This document shows, in pieces, positions 19,111 through 28,040 of a stretch of 61,073 nucleotides of DNA. The stretch is from an uncultured Planctomycetales bacterium (GTDB lineage: Bacteria > Planctomycetota > Phycisphaerae > SM23-33 > FEN-1343): assembly GCA_964535025.1 (NCBI GenBank), contig CAZHRW010000169.1:1-61073 (forward strand), read 5' to 3'. A program made the position numbers and the translations under genes. The notes below the pieces were generated by a model that did no database searches, was not told the origin of the DNA, and was given only the letters and a program-made list of their open reading frames with translations. The first letter of the stretch is position 1, and each line of letters begins with the position of its first letter.

Positions 19111-20493
19111 TCAGGCCTGCGGCTCAGCCGACGAGGTCTCGCCGGCGTCGCCGGTTACATCCGTACGCTCTGCGTCCTGCTGTTCGCCCGTCGCGCCGTC
19201 GTCGCCGCCCAGGGTTTTCGTCGCGGCGTCTTCGCCGCCCACGGCCGCCGCGGCGGCGACGTCTTCCTCGCCCGTCGCCGCGGGCGCCGGCTCGCCCGGC
19301 GTCTCGTCGGCCTCGGCGGCGGTTTCCGCGGTGCTCTTCTTGGGCGCCTCGGCCGCCCGGCGGGCCTCTTCGCGGCAGTGCTCGACGACGGCTTCGGCCA
19401 CCGCCTCATCGATTTCGAGTTCCTCTACCAGCGATTCGGCGCCGACCTCGTCCACGTCGGCCACGGAAACCATCCCCATCGCGACGATCCGGTCCAGCAG
19501 CGTCGCGTCGGCGCCCTCGACGTCGCGGACGGCGCGCTCGAGGGCGTCCAGCCCCGCATTGAACTCCGCGGGGGTCAGGATGTCGATGTCCCACCCGGTC
19601 AGCCGCGCCGCCAGGCGGACGTTCTGGCCGCGCTTGCCGATCGCCAGGGAAAGCTGGTCCTCGTTGACCACCACGGTCGCCCGCCCCAACTCGAAGCACA
19701 GGGCGATGTCGGCCACCTCGGCCGGCTTGAGGGCGTAGCCGATGAGCACCTGGCTGGACTCGTGCCAGCGGACGATATCAATCTTCTCGCCGGCGACCTC
19801 ATCGACGATGTTCTTGATACGGCTGCCCCGTACGCCCACGCAGGCGCCGACGGGGTCGACCTTCGGGTCGAGGCTGTGGACCGCCACCTTCGTGCGGTAA
19901 CCCGCCTCGCGGGCCAGGGCCTTGATCTCGATGATCTTCTCGGCCACCTCGGGCACCTCCAGCTCGAACAGCCGCCGGATGAAGTCCGGGTGCGTCCGCG
20001 TCAGGATAATTCGTACCTGCGCGCCCTGCTCGCGAACATCCAGGACCATCGCCCGGATCCGCTCGTCGGGCAGGTGGGTCTCGCCGGGGATCTGCTCACT
20101 CTTGGGGATGATCGCCTCGGCCCGCCCGAGGTCGACGGTCATGCCCCCGCCTTCCCAGCGAATGGTACGCCCGGTGACGATCTGCCCGCGGCGCTCGAGA
20201 TACTCCTCCTGGATGCTGCCCCGCTCGGCCTCGCGGAACTTCTGAATCATCACCTGCTTGGCCGTCTGGGCCGCGATGCGGCTGAGCTGGCTCATGCTGA
20301 GGGCCTGGCCGGCCACGGTGGCGTGAATCTCGCCGCTGGTGCGGTCGATGGTCACGACCGCGTCCTCGTCCTGGCCGTACGCCTTGCGCACCGCCGAGAG
20401 CATCGCGGCTTCGAGGTCTTCCAACACCACCTCGCGATCGATATTGCGATCGCGGGCGATGCCGTCGATGATGCGAAGTAGATCTTGATTCAT
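19111..20493 (-). CDS. nusA: transcription termination/antitermination factor NusA (with an acidic C-terminal extension)
   Basis: MNQDLLRIIDGIARDRNIDREVV, plus S1 and KH regions (RVAVHSLDPKVDPVGACVGVRGSRIKNIV, GKRGQNVRLAARLTGWDIDI). Start taken at the internal ATG 20493. Confidence 0.95.
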   Translation of the reverse strand: MNQDLLRIIDGIARDRNIDREVVLEDLEAAMLSAVRKAYGQDEDAVVTIDRTSGEIHATVAGQALSMSQLSRIAAQTAKQVMIQKFREAERGSIQEEYLERRGQIVTGRTIRWEGGGMTVDLGRAEAIIPKSEQIPGETHLPDERIRAMVLDVREQGAQVRIILTRTHPDFIRRLFELEVPEVAEKIIEIKALAREAGYRTKVAVHSLDPKVDPVGACVGVRGSRIKNIVDEVAGEKIDIVRWHESSQVLIGYALKPAEVADIALCFELGRATVVVNEDQLSLAIGKRGQNVRLAARLTGWDIDILTPAEFNAGLDALERAVRDVEGADATLLDRIVAMGMVSVADVDEVGAESLVEELEIDEAVAEAVVEHCREEARRAAEAPKKSTAETAAEADETPGEPAPAATGEEDVAAAAAVGGEDAATKTLGGDDGATGEQQDAERTDVTGDAGETSSAEPQA

Positions 20494-20619
20494 GCTGCCA
20501 CCTGCATTCTCTGCGGCGCCACTCGACGGCCTGATCTCACCAGGAAACTGCCTCACCGCCAAGCCGTCCGCAGGCAACGCCTCGAGCCGCCGGCTGGTGA
20601 AGCACGCTCCTCGTTCAAA

Positions 20620-20652
20620 ACACAAAAAAAAGTGGGTCAGCGGCCCACTTTC
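20620..20652 (-). terminator. intrinsic terminator (short stem plus U8)
   Basis: Minus strand reads AAAGUGGG-CCGCUGA-CCCACUUU followed by UUUUUUUU (A-run 20624-20631 on the plus strand). Confidence 0.7.
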
Positions 20653-20938
20653 CAAACCAGGAACTCGAATTGGCTCACCTTTACGTCATAAGCGGTCGCC
20701 ACCGCCTCGGGGCCAACACGTCGGACCCGCCCGGCGCGCGATCTTCGCCGCCGTCGCGAGCCCCGGACCAGTCGAAATGGCATAGTGCCGTCGCACTGGT
20801 CTTACGCTCTGTCGAGATGGAGGTTCACTCCAGCTCTCCTGGTTCGAACAAGTGTCCATACAACAAGACCCGACCGCTCCACCCTCGTCGGGCGAACGCC
20901 GGCGAGCCTCACATCCACGCCCCCCGCAGGGGACCGAG
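20624..20938 (-). ncRNA. candidate structured non-coding RNA or long nusA leader (about 315 nt), family not recognised
   Basis: Bounded by a consensus promoter and the terminator. GC content drops locally. There is no SD-preceded ORF. Helices seen: GAGCUGGAG-UGAAC-CUCCAUCUC, GACCAGU..ACUGGUC, CCCC-UGC-GGGG, and long-range GAGCGGUCG/CGACCGCUU. Confidence 0.5.
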
Positions 20939-20944
20939 AAACTG

Positions 20945-20972
20945 ATTATAAGGACGCACCAGGCCGTGTCAA
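20945..20972 (-). promoter_or_regulatory. near-perfect sigma70 promoter (TTGACA, 16 nt, TATAAT)
   Basis: Minus strand has TTGACA at 20972-20967 and TATAAT at 20950-20945. An A/T-rich stretch (GATTTTGGT) lies just upstream. Confidence 0.7.
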
Positions 20973-21136
20973 ACCAAAATCCCGCCTGCCCCTGTCGAGA
21001 TTTCCAGTAAAATAATAACCGTAAGCTCCGCCACATCAAGGCGATACAAAAACGATCCCCGCGGGACCCTCGACAAACCCCCGCTGGGCCGTACCGTATC
21101 GGCGCCGATAAGAAAGCCGGAAGGCAAGCCGGACTC

Positions 21137-21152
21137 ATGGACAGGTATGGAC
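21137..21152 (+). repeat. ATGGAC direct repeat (ATGGACAGGTATGGAC)
   Basis: Same motif family as 28794-28808 and 33022-33036. It lies 64 nt upstream of a candidate -35 for the LysM lipoprotein gene. Confidence 0.6.
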
Positions 21153-21215
21153 ACGATGCACCGGCGGCGGCCCACCGGTCCACGCGGCCGTCGAGCCCAT
21201 TCCCGCGGCCGCCAC

Positions 21216-21244
21216 TTGAACCGGCCCCCAGCCGGCGGTATGGT
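21216..21244 (+). promoter_or_regulatory. candidate promoter of the LysM lipoprotein gene
   Basis: TTGAAC (21216-21221), 17 nt, TATGGT (21239-21244). Confidence 0.35.
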
Positions 21245-21288
21245 GGAGGCGCGAGAATCGTACCGCGGCCCCCTGTCAGGACAAACCG

Positions 21289-21708
21289 ATGAAACGCATG
21301 ACCCTTACGTCGCTGATGCTGCCGCTGGCCCTCGTCGTCGGCTGCGCCCAACCGGTCAACGAGACGCTCGAGTTGCCCGAGGAGCAGATGACCGCCGCCG
21401 AGACGACGACGGCCGACGACTCGCCGAGATTCACCTACGAGACAGCCGACGAGCTGCCGCCGCCGACGCTGCCGCCCGCCCCGAAGGCGCCCGCCCAGGC
21501 GGTGGCCCCCGCGGCGGCGCCGCCCCCGCCGTCGGAAACACCCGCGCAGCGCACCTACGTGGTGCAGGACGGCGACACGCTCTGGCAGATCTCCCGCCGG
21601 TACTACGGCCGCGCCAGCCACGAAAACGTCCGCCGAATCCTCCAGGCCAACCCGGAACTCGAACCGACGCGGATGCGGATCGGCCAGGAGATCGTCATCC
21701 CCGAGTGA
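21289..21708 (+). CDS. LysM peptidoglycan-binding lipoprotein
   Basis: Lipobox LALVVGCAQ, a Pro/Ala linker, and a C-terminal LysM (YVVQDGDTLWQISRRYYG...IGQEIVIP). Confidence 0.85.
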   Translation: MKRMTLTSLMLPLALVVGCAQPVNETLELPEEQMTAAETTTADDSPRFTYETADELPPPTLPPAPKAPAQAVAPAAAPPPPSETPAQRTYVVQDGDTLWQISRRYYGRASHENVRRILQANPELEPTRMRIGQEIVIPE

Positions 21709-21719
21709 CGATTGCCGCC

Positions 21720-23798
21720 ATGGCCCACGGACTGCAACTGGAGACGCCGGCGCAGTACGTCAAGGGCGTCGGGCCGGTGCGGGCCGAGCAGTTCGCCCGC
21801 CTGGGCGTGGCGACCGCGGAGGATCTCCTCCATTACTTCCCGCGGCGGTTCGACCTGCGCCGGCAGGTCCAACCGATCAACGCGCTGGCCGCCGACCAGA
21901 GCGTCGCGACGCTGGCCGGCGAGGTGATCGAAACCCAGTACGTCGGGCGGGGCAAGCGGCCCTACTTCGCCTGCTCGATCGACGACGGCACCGGCTGGGT
22001 GACGGTCAAGTGGTTCCACGGGGGTTACCTCCGCAAGCGGATCACGCGGGGCGTCACGCTGGTCGTCAGCGGGAAGGTCAGCGTCTATCGCGAGTGCTTT
22101 CAACTGATCAACCCTGCCGTCCAGATCCTCACCGACGTCGAGGGCGTCGACCTGAGCACCGACGAGTTGCTGCCGGTCTACCCCGCCGGCGGAGGGCTGC
22201 CCAGCGGGGTGATCGCCTCGGTCATCAAGCGGGCCCTGCCGGCATTGCTGCCGCTGGTGCGGGAGTGGTTCGACCGCGACCACCTCAGTCGGCGGGGCCT
22301 GATGGACCGCCGGACGGCCATCGCGGCGATGCACCGGCCCGACGACACCGAACACTGGGGCCAGGGCCGACGGCGGATGGCCTACGACGAGTGCATGCTC
22401 ATGCAGCTCGCCCTGGCCCTGGTGCGGATGCGCTCGGTCAGCCGTCCGGCCCACGAGATGCCCGTCAACGACGCGATCGACCGGCGGATCCGGGCGCGGT
22501 TTCCCTTCGCGCTGACCGACGCCCAGGACCGCGCCGTCGTCGAAATCGCCGCCGACCTGGCCCGCCCGCGGCCGATGAATCGCCTGCTGCAGGGCGACGT
22601 CGGCAGCGGCAAGACCGTCGTGGCCCTTTACGCGGCCCTGACGGCCATCGCCCACCGCAAGCAGGTGGCGCTGATGGCCCCCACCGAGATCCTCGCGGCC
22701 CAGCACCACCGCAAGATCGCCGCCTACCTCGCCGGCTCGCGGGTCCGCGTAGCCCTGCTGACCGGCCACCAGACACCCCGCAAACGCCGGATCCTCCTGG
22801 CCCAACTGGCCGCCGGCGAGATCGACCTGGTGGTCGGCACCCACGCCCTGCTCGGCGAGCAGGTGGCCTTCAAGCAGCTTGGCCTGGTCGTCGTCGACGA
22901 ACAGCACAAGTTCGGCGTCGACCAGCGCAGCGGCATTCGCGGCAAGGGGTTCGCGCCCCACTACCTCGTGATGACCGCCACGCCCATCCCCCGAACGCTG
23001 GCGATGACCGTCTACGGCGACCTGGACGTGTCGGTCATCGACGAAATGCCCCCCGGTCGGGGCAGGATCGAGACCCGCCTGGCACGTCCCGCCGACCGCA
23101 AGAAGGTGCTCACCTTCGTCCGCGAACGCCTCGCCACCGGCCAACAGGCCTACTTCATCTACCCGGTCGTCAACCCGTCGGCGACCAGCGAGCTGACCGC
23201 CGCCGTCCAGGCTCACCAGGACCTGCGGGAAGATGGGCTGAGCGGCTTCGAGGTCGAACTGATCCACGGGCAGATGCCCGCCGCCGACAAGCAGCACATC
23301 ATGGAGCGGTTCGCCGCCGGCGACATCCACGCCCTGGTCGCTTCCGTGGTCGTCGAGGTCGGCATCGACGTGGCCAACGCCAACGTCATGGTCGTCGAGC
23401 ACGCCGAGCGCTTCGGCCTGGCCCAACTGCACCAGCTCCGCGGCCGCATCGGCCGCGGCAGCGCCGACGCCCACTGCATCCTGATGGGCAATCCGCGAAA
23501 CCCGGTCGCCGAGCAGCGTCTAAAAGTCCTCTGCGAGACCACCGATGGCTTCCGGATCGCCGAGGAGGACCTCCGCCTGCGCGGGCCGGGCGAGCTGTTC
23601 GGCACCCGCCAGCACGGCCTGCCGGAGCTGAAAGTTGCCGACCTCATCGAAGATTTCGACCTCCTCCGCCTTGCTCGGCGCGACGCCTTCGCCATCATCG
23701 CCGAAGACCCCTCGCTCGCCGCCCCCCATCATCAGGCGCTGCGCGAGGCCGTCATCCGCAGCTACGGCGGGCGGTTGGGGTTGGCGTTCGGAGGCTGA
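21720..23798 (+). CDS. recG: ATP-dependent DNA helicase RecG
   Basis: Wedge-domain N-terminus (VKGVGPVRAEQFARLGV), helicase motifs GDVGSGKTVVA / DEQHKFGV / TATPIPRT, and the C-terminal TRG-like GPGELFGTRQHG. Start at the internal ATG 21720. Confidence 0.95.
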   Translation: MAHGLQLETPAQYVKGVGPVRAEQFARLGVATAEDLLHYFPRRFDLRRQVQPINALAADQSVATLAGEVIETQYVGRGKRPYFACSIDDGTGWVTVKWFHGGYLRKRITRGVTLVVSGKVSVYRECFQLINPAVQILTDVEGVDLSTDELLPVYPAGGGLPSGVIASVIKRALPALLPLVREWFDRDHLSRRGLMDRRTAIAAMHRPDDTEHWGQGRRRMAYDECMLMQLALALVRMRSVSRPAHEMPVNDAIDRRIRARFPFALTDAQDRAVVEIAADLARPRPMNRLLQGDVGSGKTVVALYAALTAIAHRKQVALMAPTEILAAQHHRKIAAYLAGSRVRVALLTGHQTPRKRRILLAQLAAGEIDLVVGTHALLGEQVAFKQLGLVVVDEQHKFGVDQRSGIRGKGFAPHYLVMTATPIPRTLAMTVYGDLDVSVIDEMPPGRGRIETRLARPADRKKVLTFVRERLATGQQAYFIYPVVNPSATSELTAAVQAHQDLREDGLSGFEVELIHGQMPAADKQHIMERFAAGDIHALVASVVVEVGIDVANANVMVVEHAERFGLAQLHQLRGRIGRGSADAHCILMGNPRNPVAEQRLKVLCETTDGFRIAEEDLRLRGPGELFGTRQHGLPELKVADLIEDFDLLRLARRDAFAIIAEDPSLAAPHHQALREAVIRSYGGRLGLAFGG

Positions 23799-23930
23799 AT
23801 CCGCGATTTGGCTGGCATCGGCGGCGGCGGTCCTGTAGCATACGCAGGTGGAATGCTCGGGCGCTAACCCTTATGCTTGCAATAGGTTGAGTGCAGGCAG
23901 CCGGAAGCGCCGCTCAGACCCCCCGACGCC

Positions 23931-25049
23931 ATGGAGACACGACGCTACAAGCTTACCGATCCGCAGGCGATCGTCCAGGCGGCCGCGGAGGGCGTTAAGG
24001 TGCTGCAGGCCGGAGGCTTGCTGGCCTTCCCCACCGAGACCGTCTACGGCGTGGGCGCCTGCGCGACCATCGGCGAGGCGATCGAACGTCTGCGGGCGCT
24101 GAAGGACCGACCCGAGCGGCCGTTCACGGTGCACATTGGACGGCTCGAGCAGGTCCGGGCCTTCGTAACTCAACCATCCGCCCAGGCCCAACGCGTGATG
24201 AGAAAGGCCTGGCCGGGCCCCCTGACGGTCGTGCTGCCTACCGGCGGGTCGCTGGCGACGGCGGCGTGGAACCCGTCACCGGCTGACCGACTCTGTTTCG
24301 ACGACACGATCGGCCTGCGCCTGCCGGATGACCCGGTGACGCGGCAGATCCTCGGCGGGATCGAGGCGCCGGTGGTCGCCGCGTCGGCGAACCTCGCCGG
24401 CGGCGAGCCGCCGACGACAGCCCGGGGGGTCCTCGAGGCCCTCGACGGCCGAATCGAGATGATCATCGACGCCGGCCCCTGCCCCGTCGGCCGTCCCAGC
24501 ACGATTGCCCGCTTCGACGCCGACGGGACCTTCGAGGTCCTCCGCGCCGGAGCGATCAGCACGCGAAAGCTGGAGCTGATGACTGAGCGGCAGATCCTGT
24601 TCGTCTGCACCGGCAACACCTGCCGGTCACCCATGGCCGAGGCCGTGACCAAGGCGATGCTGGCCGACCGGCTGGGCTACCCGATCGGCGAGCTGCCCGC
24701 GCGGGGCTGGCACGTCCTGTCGGTCGGCACCCTGGGGATGGTCGGTGCGCCGGCCACCGAGGGTGCGGTCGTCGCGGCCTGCGAGCGCGGCGCCGACCTG
24801 GCCGCCCACCGAAGCCGCCCGGCCACCGAAGAGGTGATCCGCGCCAGCGACCTGATATTGTGCATGACAGAAGCCCACCGACAGCAGATAATCCAGATCG
24901 CCCCGACGGCGGCCGATCGCGTCGAGCGGCTGGACCCCCAGCGAGACATCGCCGACCCCATCGGCGGGTCCGTCGCGGTCTACCGCCACACGATCGACCA
25001 GATCGCCCACGCCGTCGAGATGCGTCTGAACAGCTTTTGGGACCTGTAG
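23931..25049 (+). CDS. tsaC: fusion of L-threonylcarbamoyladenylate synthase (YrdC/TsaC domain) and a low-molecular-weight protein phosphatase
   Basis: N-terminal FPTETVYGVGA...LKDRPERPFTVHIG...ASANLAGGEPP (YrdC fold). C-terminal ILFVCTGNTCRSPMAEA P-loop (CX5R) with a downstream DP motif. Confidence 0.88.
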   Translation: METRRYKLTDPQAIVQAAAEGVKVLQAGGLLAFPTETVYGVGACATIGEAIERLRALKDRPERPFTVHIGRLEQVRAFVTQPSAQAQRVMRKAWPGPLTVVLPTGGSLATAAWNPSPADRLCFDDTIGLRLPDDPVTRQILGGIEAPVVAASANLAGGEPPTTARGVLEALDGRIEMIIDAGPCPVGRPSTIARFDADGTFEVLRAGAISTRKLELMTERQILFVCTGNTCRSPMAEAVTKAMLADRLGYPIGELPARGWHVLSVGTLGMVGAPATEGAVVAACERGADLAAHRSRPATEEVIRASDLILCMTEAHRQQIIQIAPTAADRVERLDPQRDIADPIGGSVAVYRHTIDQIAHAVEMRLNSFWDL

Positions 25050-25063
25050 CGAAAGACACGACC

Positions 25064-25540
25064 ATGAAGATCGCCATCGCCGCCGACCACCGCGGATACA
25101 CCGCCAAGGAAAAGATCTGCTTGCTGCTCAACGAGCAGGGCCACGAGGTGGTCGACATGGGCACCAACAGCGCCCGAAGCTGCGATTATCCCGACGTCGC
25201 CTACGTCGCCTCCCAGGCGGTCGCCGACGGCCGGGTCGCCACGGCGGTGCTGTTGTGCGGCAGTGGGATCGGGATGAGCATCTCGGCCAACAAGGTCCGC
25301 GGCGTCCGGGCGGCGCTGTGCAACGACGAGTTGAGCGCCCAGATGGCCCGCCGCCACAACGACGCCAACGTCCTGTGCCTCGCCGCCGACCTGCTCGGCG
25401 AGGAATTGATGCGCCGCATCATCGAGGTCTGGCTCGAAACCGACTTCGAGGCCGGACGCCACCTGCGACGCATCCACAAGATCGCCCTGATCGAACAGGG
25501 CACCGATCCGAGTACCTATACCGCCGAAGAACAGCAGTGA
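25064..25540 (+). CDS. rpiB: ribose-5-phosphate isomerase B
   Basis: MKIAIAADHRGY..., LLCGSGIGMSISANKVRGVRAA, HNDANVLCL. Confidence 0.93.
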   Translation: MKIAIAADHRGYTAKEKICLLLNEQGHEVVDMGTNSARSCDYPDVAYVASQAVADGRVATAVLLCGSGIGMSISANKVRGVRAALCNDELSAQMARRHNDANVLCLAADLLGEELMRRIIEVWLETDFEAGRHLRRIHKIALIEQGTDPSTYTAEEQQ

Positions 25541-25678
25541 CTGGCGAATATCGACTGTGGGAGCAAGCCTTGCGCCCGCCCGCGACGGCCTGAAAACGTT
25601 CATCGTGGGCCCATGAGCGCAAGGGCAACAGGTTGCTCCTGCAAATCCGTTATCCGCTGTCTCCACGGAGGATTGGAC

Positions 25679-27826
25679 ATGCCCCGACACACCCTCATTC
25701 TGCTCCTGTCCCTGCTGATCGCCGCCCCGGCTCTGGCGGATGTGAACGCCCCGATGGCGGCCGACTGGTCCGAGCGGATCCGCGGGGAGCATCCGCGGAT
25801 GTATTTCACGACCGAGACCTTCGAGCAGGTCAAAGCGTACGCCCTGGGGCCTGAACGGGACTATTACGACAAAATCCGCCGCACCGTGGCGGGCCTGCCG
25901 GCCGAGCCGAGCCGCGAGCACTGTGTGAGCCGCACCAACACGTTCTTCGGCCCCAACGCGGCGATGGCGGCGTTCGTGTGGCGGATGGAGGGCGACACCG
26001 ATGCCCGCGACAAGGCGATCCGCTACCTGCTGGCGGCGGTGGACTACTACAACGAGTGCAGTTCCAACCGCAAGGCCGTTAACTGGTACTCCGCCAGCCG
26101 CGTGCAGGCCCTGACGGCCTACGACTGGCTGTACGATCAGCTCACGCCCGCCCAGCGCCGTCGCGTGGGGGAGGGGTTCTTCCGCCACTACCGCGACTGC
26201 CTGGCCGGGCCGCCATTCGAGCGGCAGAACCGCTCGGGGATCACCACCGGCTTCTACGGGCCGACGAACATGGCCTGGTACCTCGGCTTGGCTTTCCACG
26301 GCGACGGAATCGACGACGTCCAGGCCGCCCGTCTGCTCAAGCAGGGCTATCAGCAGCACGTCGACCTGCTGACTTACCGCCGCAAGGCCAGCGGCGATGA
26401 TGGCGGCATGGGCTCGGTGGCGGCCGGATATGCCTTCGGGATGTACCCGTGGGCCGAGTTCAATTTCATGCACACCTACAACTCCGCCACCGGCCTGAAG
26501 TCGGAGGCCTCGTTCGACCACCTCTCCCTGCTGCCCAACTGGGTGATGTGGAACCGCCTGCCCGGCCACCAGCGGTTCGGCCTGGGCGACTCGTCACCGG
26601 CCGGAGGCTTCTCCGACGGTTTCCTCGAGATGCACATGCTCCAGGTGGCCCACTTCTACGCCGACCGTTACGGCCGCCGCGCCGCCCAGGCGCTGTGGGT
26701 CCGCGATCACCTGCTGGCCAACACCGATCACGACAACTACTGGTGGCCGCTGGCGCCGCTGCTGGTGCATCGCCGGACGGCCGTCGCCGAGGCGAAGGTC
26801 GACGCGAGCGTCGAGAATCTGCCGCGGGCGCGGAACTTCGAGGCGATGGGCGTGATCTTCATGCGCAGCGACCCCACCGACGACGCCACCTGCGCGCTAT
26901 TCGTCGCCGGCGGCGAGATCAACCAGCACCGCCACTACGACCAGGGCCACTTCGCGATCTATCGCCGCGGGGCCCATCTGACGGGCAACTCCGGCCACTA
27001 CGGCCCGCGAACGCGAAACACCCACCTGACCGAGTACTTTTACCGGTCCGTCGCCGCCAACTGCCTGCTGATCCACGCGCCCGCCGACGCCGACGAACCG
27101 GCGAAGGTCTGGGGCGGACCGGCCCGGACGCTCGACGGCGGCCAGTGCGCCTTCGACGGACGGCAGATCGCCTTCGAAACCCACGACGCCTACACCTATG
27201 CCGCGACCGACATAACCGGCTGCTACGCGTCGGCCAAGTGCCGCCAGGCGATCCGCCAGTTCGTTTTCGTGCATCCCGACACATTCGTCGTGTTCGACCG
27301 CGTGGTGGCGACGCAACCGGAGTATCGCAAGGCGTGGCTGCTGCACAGCATCGACGAGCCGACGCTCGACGGGCGGCGATTCCGCATCGAGGCCGGCTCC
27401 AGCGCGTTGGTCGGAACGGTCGTCTTCCCCGAACGGGCCGACCTGTCCCTTGTCGGCGGTGAAGGCCGGGAGTTCTGGTCGGCCGGCCGTAACTGGCCGC
27501 AGGAAGGCGAACCCCGCAAGGCTGCCGGGTCGTGGCGGATTGAAAGCTCGCCCGCCGAGCCGTCCGCCGCCGATGCGCTGCTGCACGTGCTCCGTGTCGG
27601 AGACCGCGACGGCGCGATCGAGTTGGACGTCGAACCGATCGATCTGCCCGGCCGTGCCGGCGTGCGTATCGCCCGCGGGGACGGCACGGACGTCAGTATT
27701 GTCTTCAACGCCCGCGGCCCCGTCGGCGGGCGCATCCTCATTGACGGCGACGAGCGGATCGCCCGCCCGCTGACCGTCAGCGTGCACCCGCAGGCAGGTT
27801 TGGCCGCGACCGAAGACGACGAATAG
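25679..27826 (+). CDS. secreted heparinase II/III-like (alginate-lyase-fold) protein
   Basis: Signal peptide MPRHTLILLLSLLIAAPALA after GGAGGA. INQHRHYDQGHFAIYRRG is the hallmark of the heparinase II/III C-terminal domain. Confidence 0.72.
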   Translation: MPRHTLILLLSLLIAAPALADVNAPMAADWSERIRGEHPRMYFTTETFEQVKAYALGPERDYYDKIRRTVAGLPAEPSREHCVSRTNTFFGPNAAMAAFVWRMEGDTDARDKAIRYLLAAVDYYNECSSNRKAVNWYSASRVQALTAYDWLYDQLTPAQRRRVGEGFFRHYRDCLAGPPFERQNRSGITTGFYGPTNMAWYLGLAFHGDGIDDVQAARLLKQGYQQHVDLLTYRRKASGDDGGMGSVAAGYAFGMYPWAEFNFMHTYNSATGLKSEASFDHLSLLPNWVMWNRLPGHQRFGLGDSSPAGGFSDGFLEMHMLQVAHFYADRYGRRAAQALWVRDHLLANTDHDNYWWPLAPLLVHRRTAVAEAKVDASVENLPRARNFEAMGVIFMRSDPTDDATCALFVAGGEINQHRHYDQGHFAIYRRGAHLTGNSGHYGPRTRNTHLTEYFYRSVAANCLLIHAPADADEPAKVWGGPARTLDGGQCAFDGRQIAFETHDAYTYAATDITGCYASAKCRQAIRQFVFVHPDTFVVFDRVVATQPEYRKAWLLHSIDEPTLDGRRFRIEAGSSALVGTVVFPERADLSLVGGEGREFWSAGRNWPQEGEPRKAAGSWRIESSPAEPSAADALLHVLRVGDRDGAIELDVEPIDLPGRAGVRIARGDGTDVSIVFNARGPVGGRILIDGDERIARPLTVSVHPQAGLAATEDDE

Positions 27827-27902
27827 AACGGCGGGCCCTTGCGTTCGTCCCCCCGTCCGGCCGATACTGACCACGGCCGCCCCGCCGACCGGGACGGCGT
27901 CA

Positions 27903-27987
27903 GGTAGGGTGGCAGAGTGGTCGATTGCGCCGGTTTTGAAAACCGGTGAACCGCAAGGTTCCGTGGGTTCGAATCCCACCCCTACCG
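27903..27987 (+). tRNA. tRNA-Ser (anticodon UGA)
   Basis: GGTAGGG acceptor pairs with CCCTACC. Anticodon stem CCGGT/ACCGG with loop TTTGAAA. It has a long variable arm (class II) and a T arm GTGGG-TTCGAAT-CCCAC. CCA is not encoded. Confidence 0.9.
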
Positions 27988-28040
27988 GTGCCGCAACGCG
28001 GCAGAACCCAACTTCCCGAAAGGCCTACGTGCAACGGCGG

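Noticed and set aside
20624-20938. Candidate ncRNA being tmRNA, RNase P RNA, SRP RNA or 6S RNA.
   Set aside because: It has no tRNA-like 3' end or tag reading frame ending in a stop. It lacks the GAGGAAAGUCCGG and ACAGAACCCGGCUUA P4 strands and the GGAAGCAGCC SRP motif. At ~315 nt it is too long for 6S. A covariance-model search is still required.
20686-21621. 311-aa ORF, and its internal 57-codon ATG frame, covering the candidate ncRNA. I also considered whether rimP is hidden here.
   Set aside because: The composition is not protein-like, no SD is present, and there is no RimP-like sequence. The region is better explained as non-coding RNA bounded by a promoter and terminator.
25541-25556. 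CTGGCGAATATCGACT after rpiB as a third copy of the 18-bp inverted-repeat arm.
   Set aside because: Only 10 nt (GGCGAATATC) match, which is too short to call.
26897-27979. 360-aa minus-strand ORF beginning MGFEPTEPCGSPVFKTGAIDHSATLP.
   Set aside because: Its N-terminus is the antisense translation of tRNA-Ser, and the rest is antisense to the heparinase-like gene.
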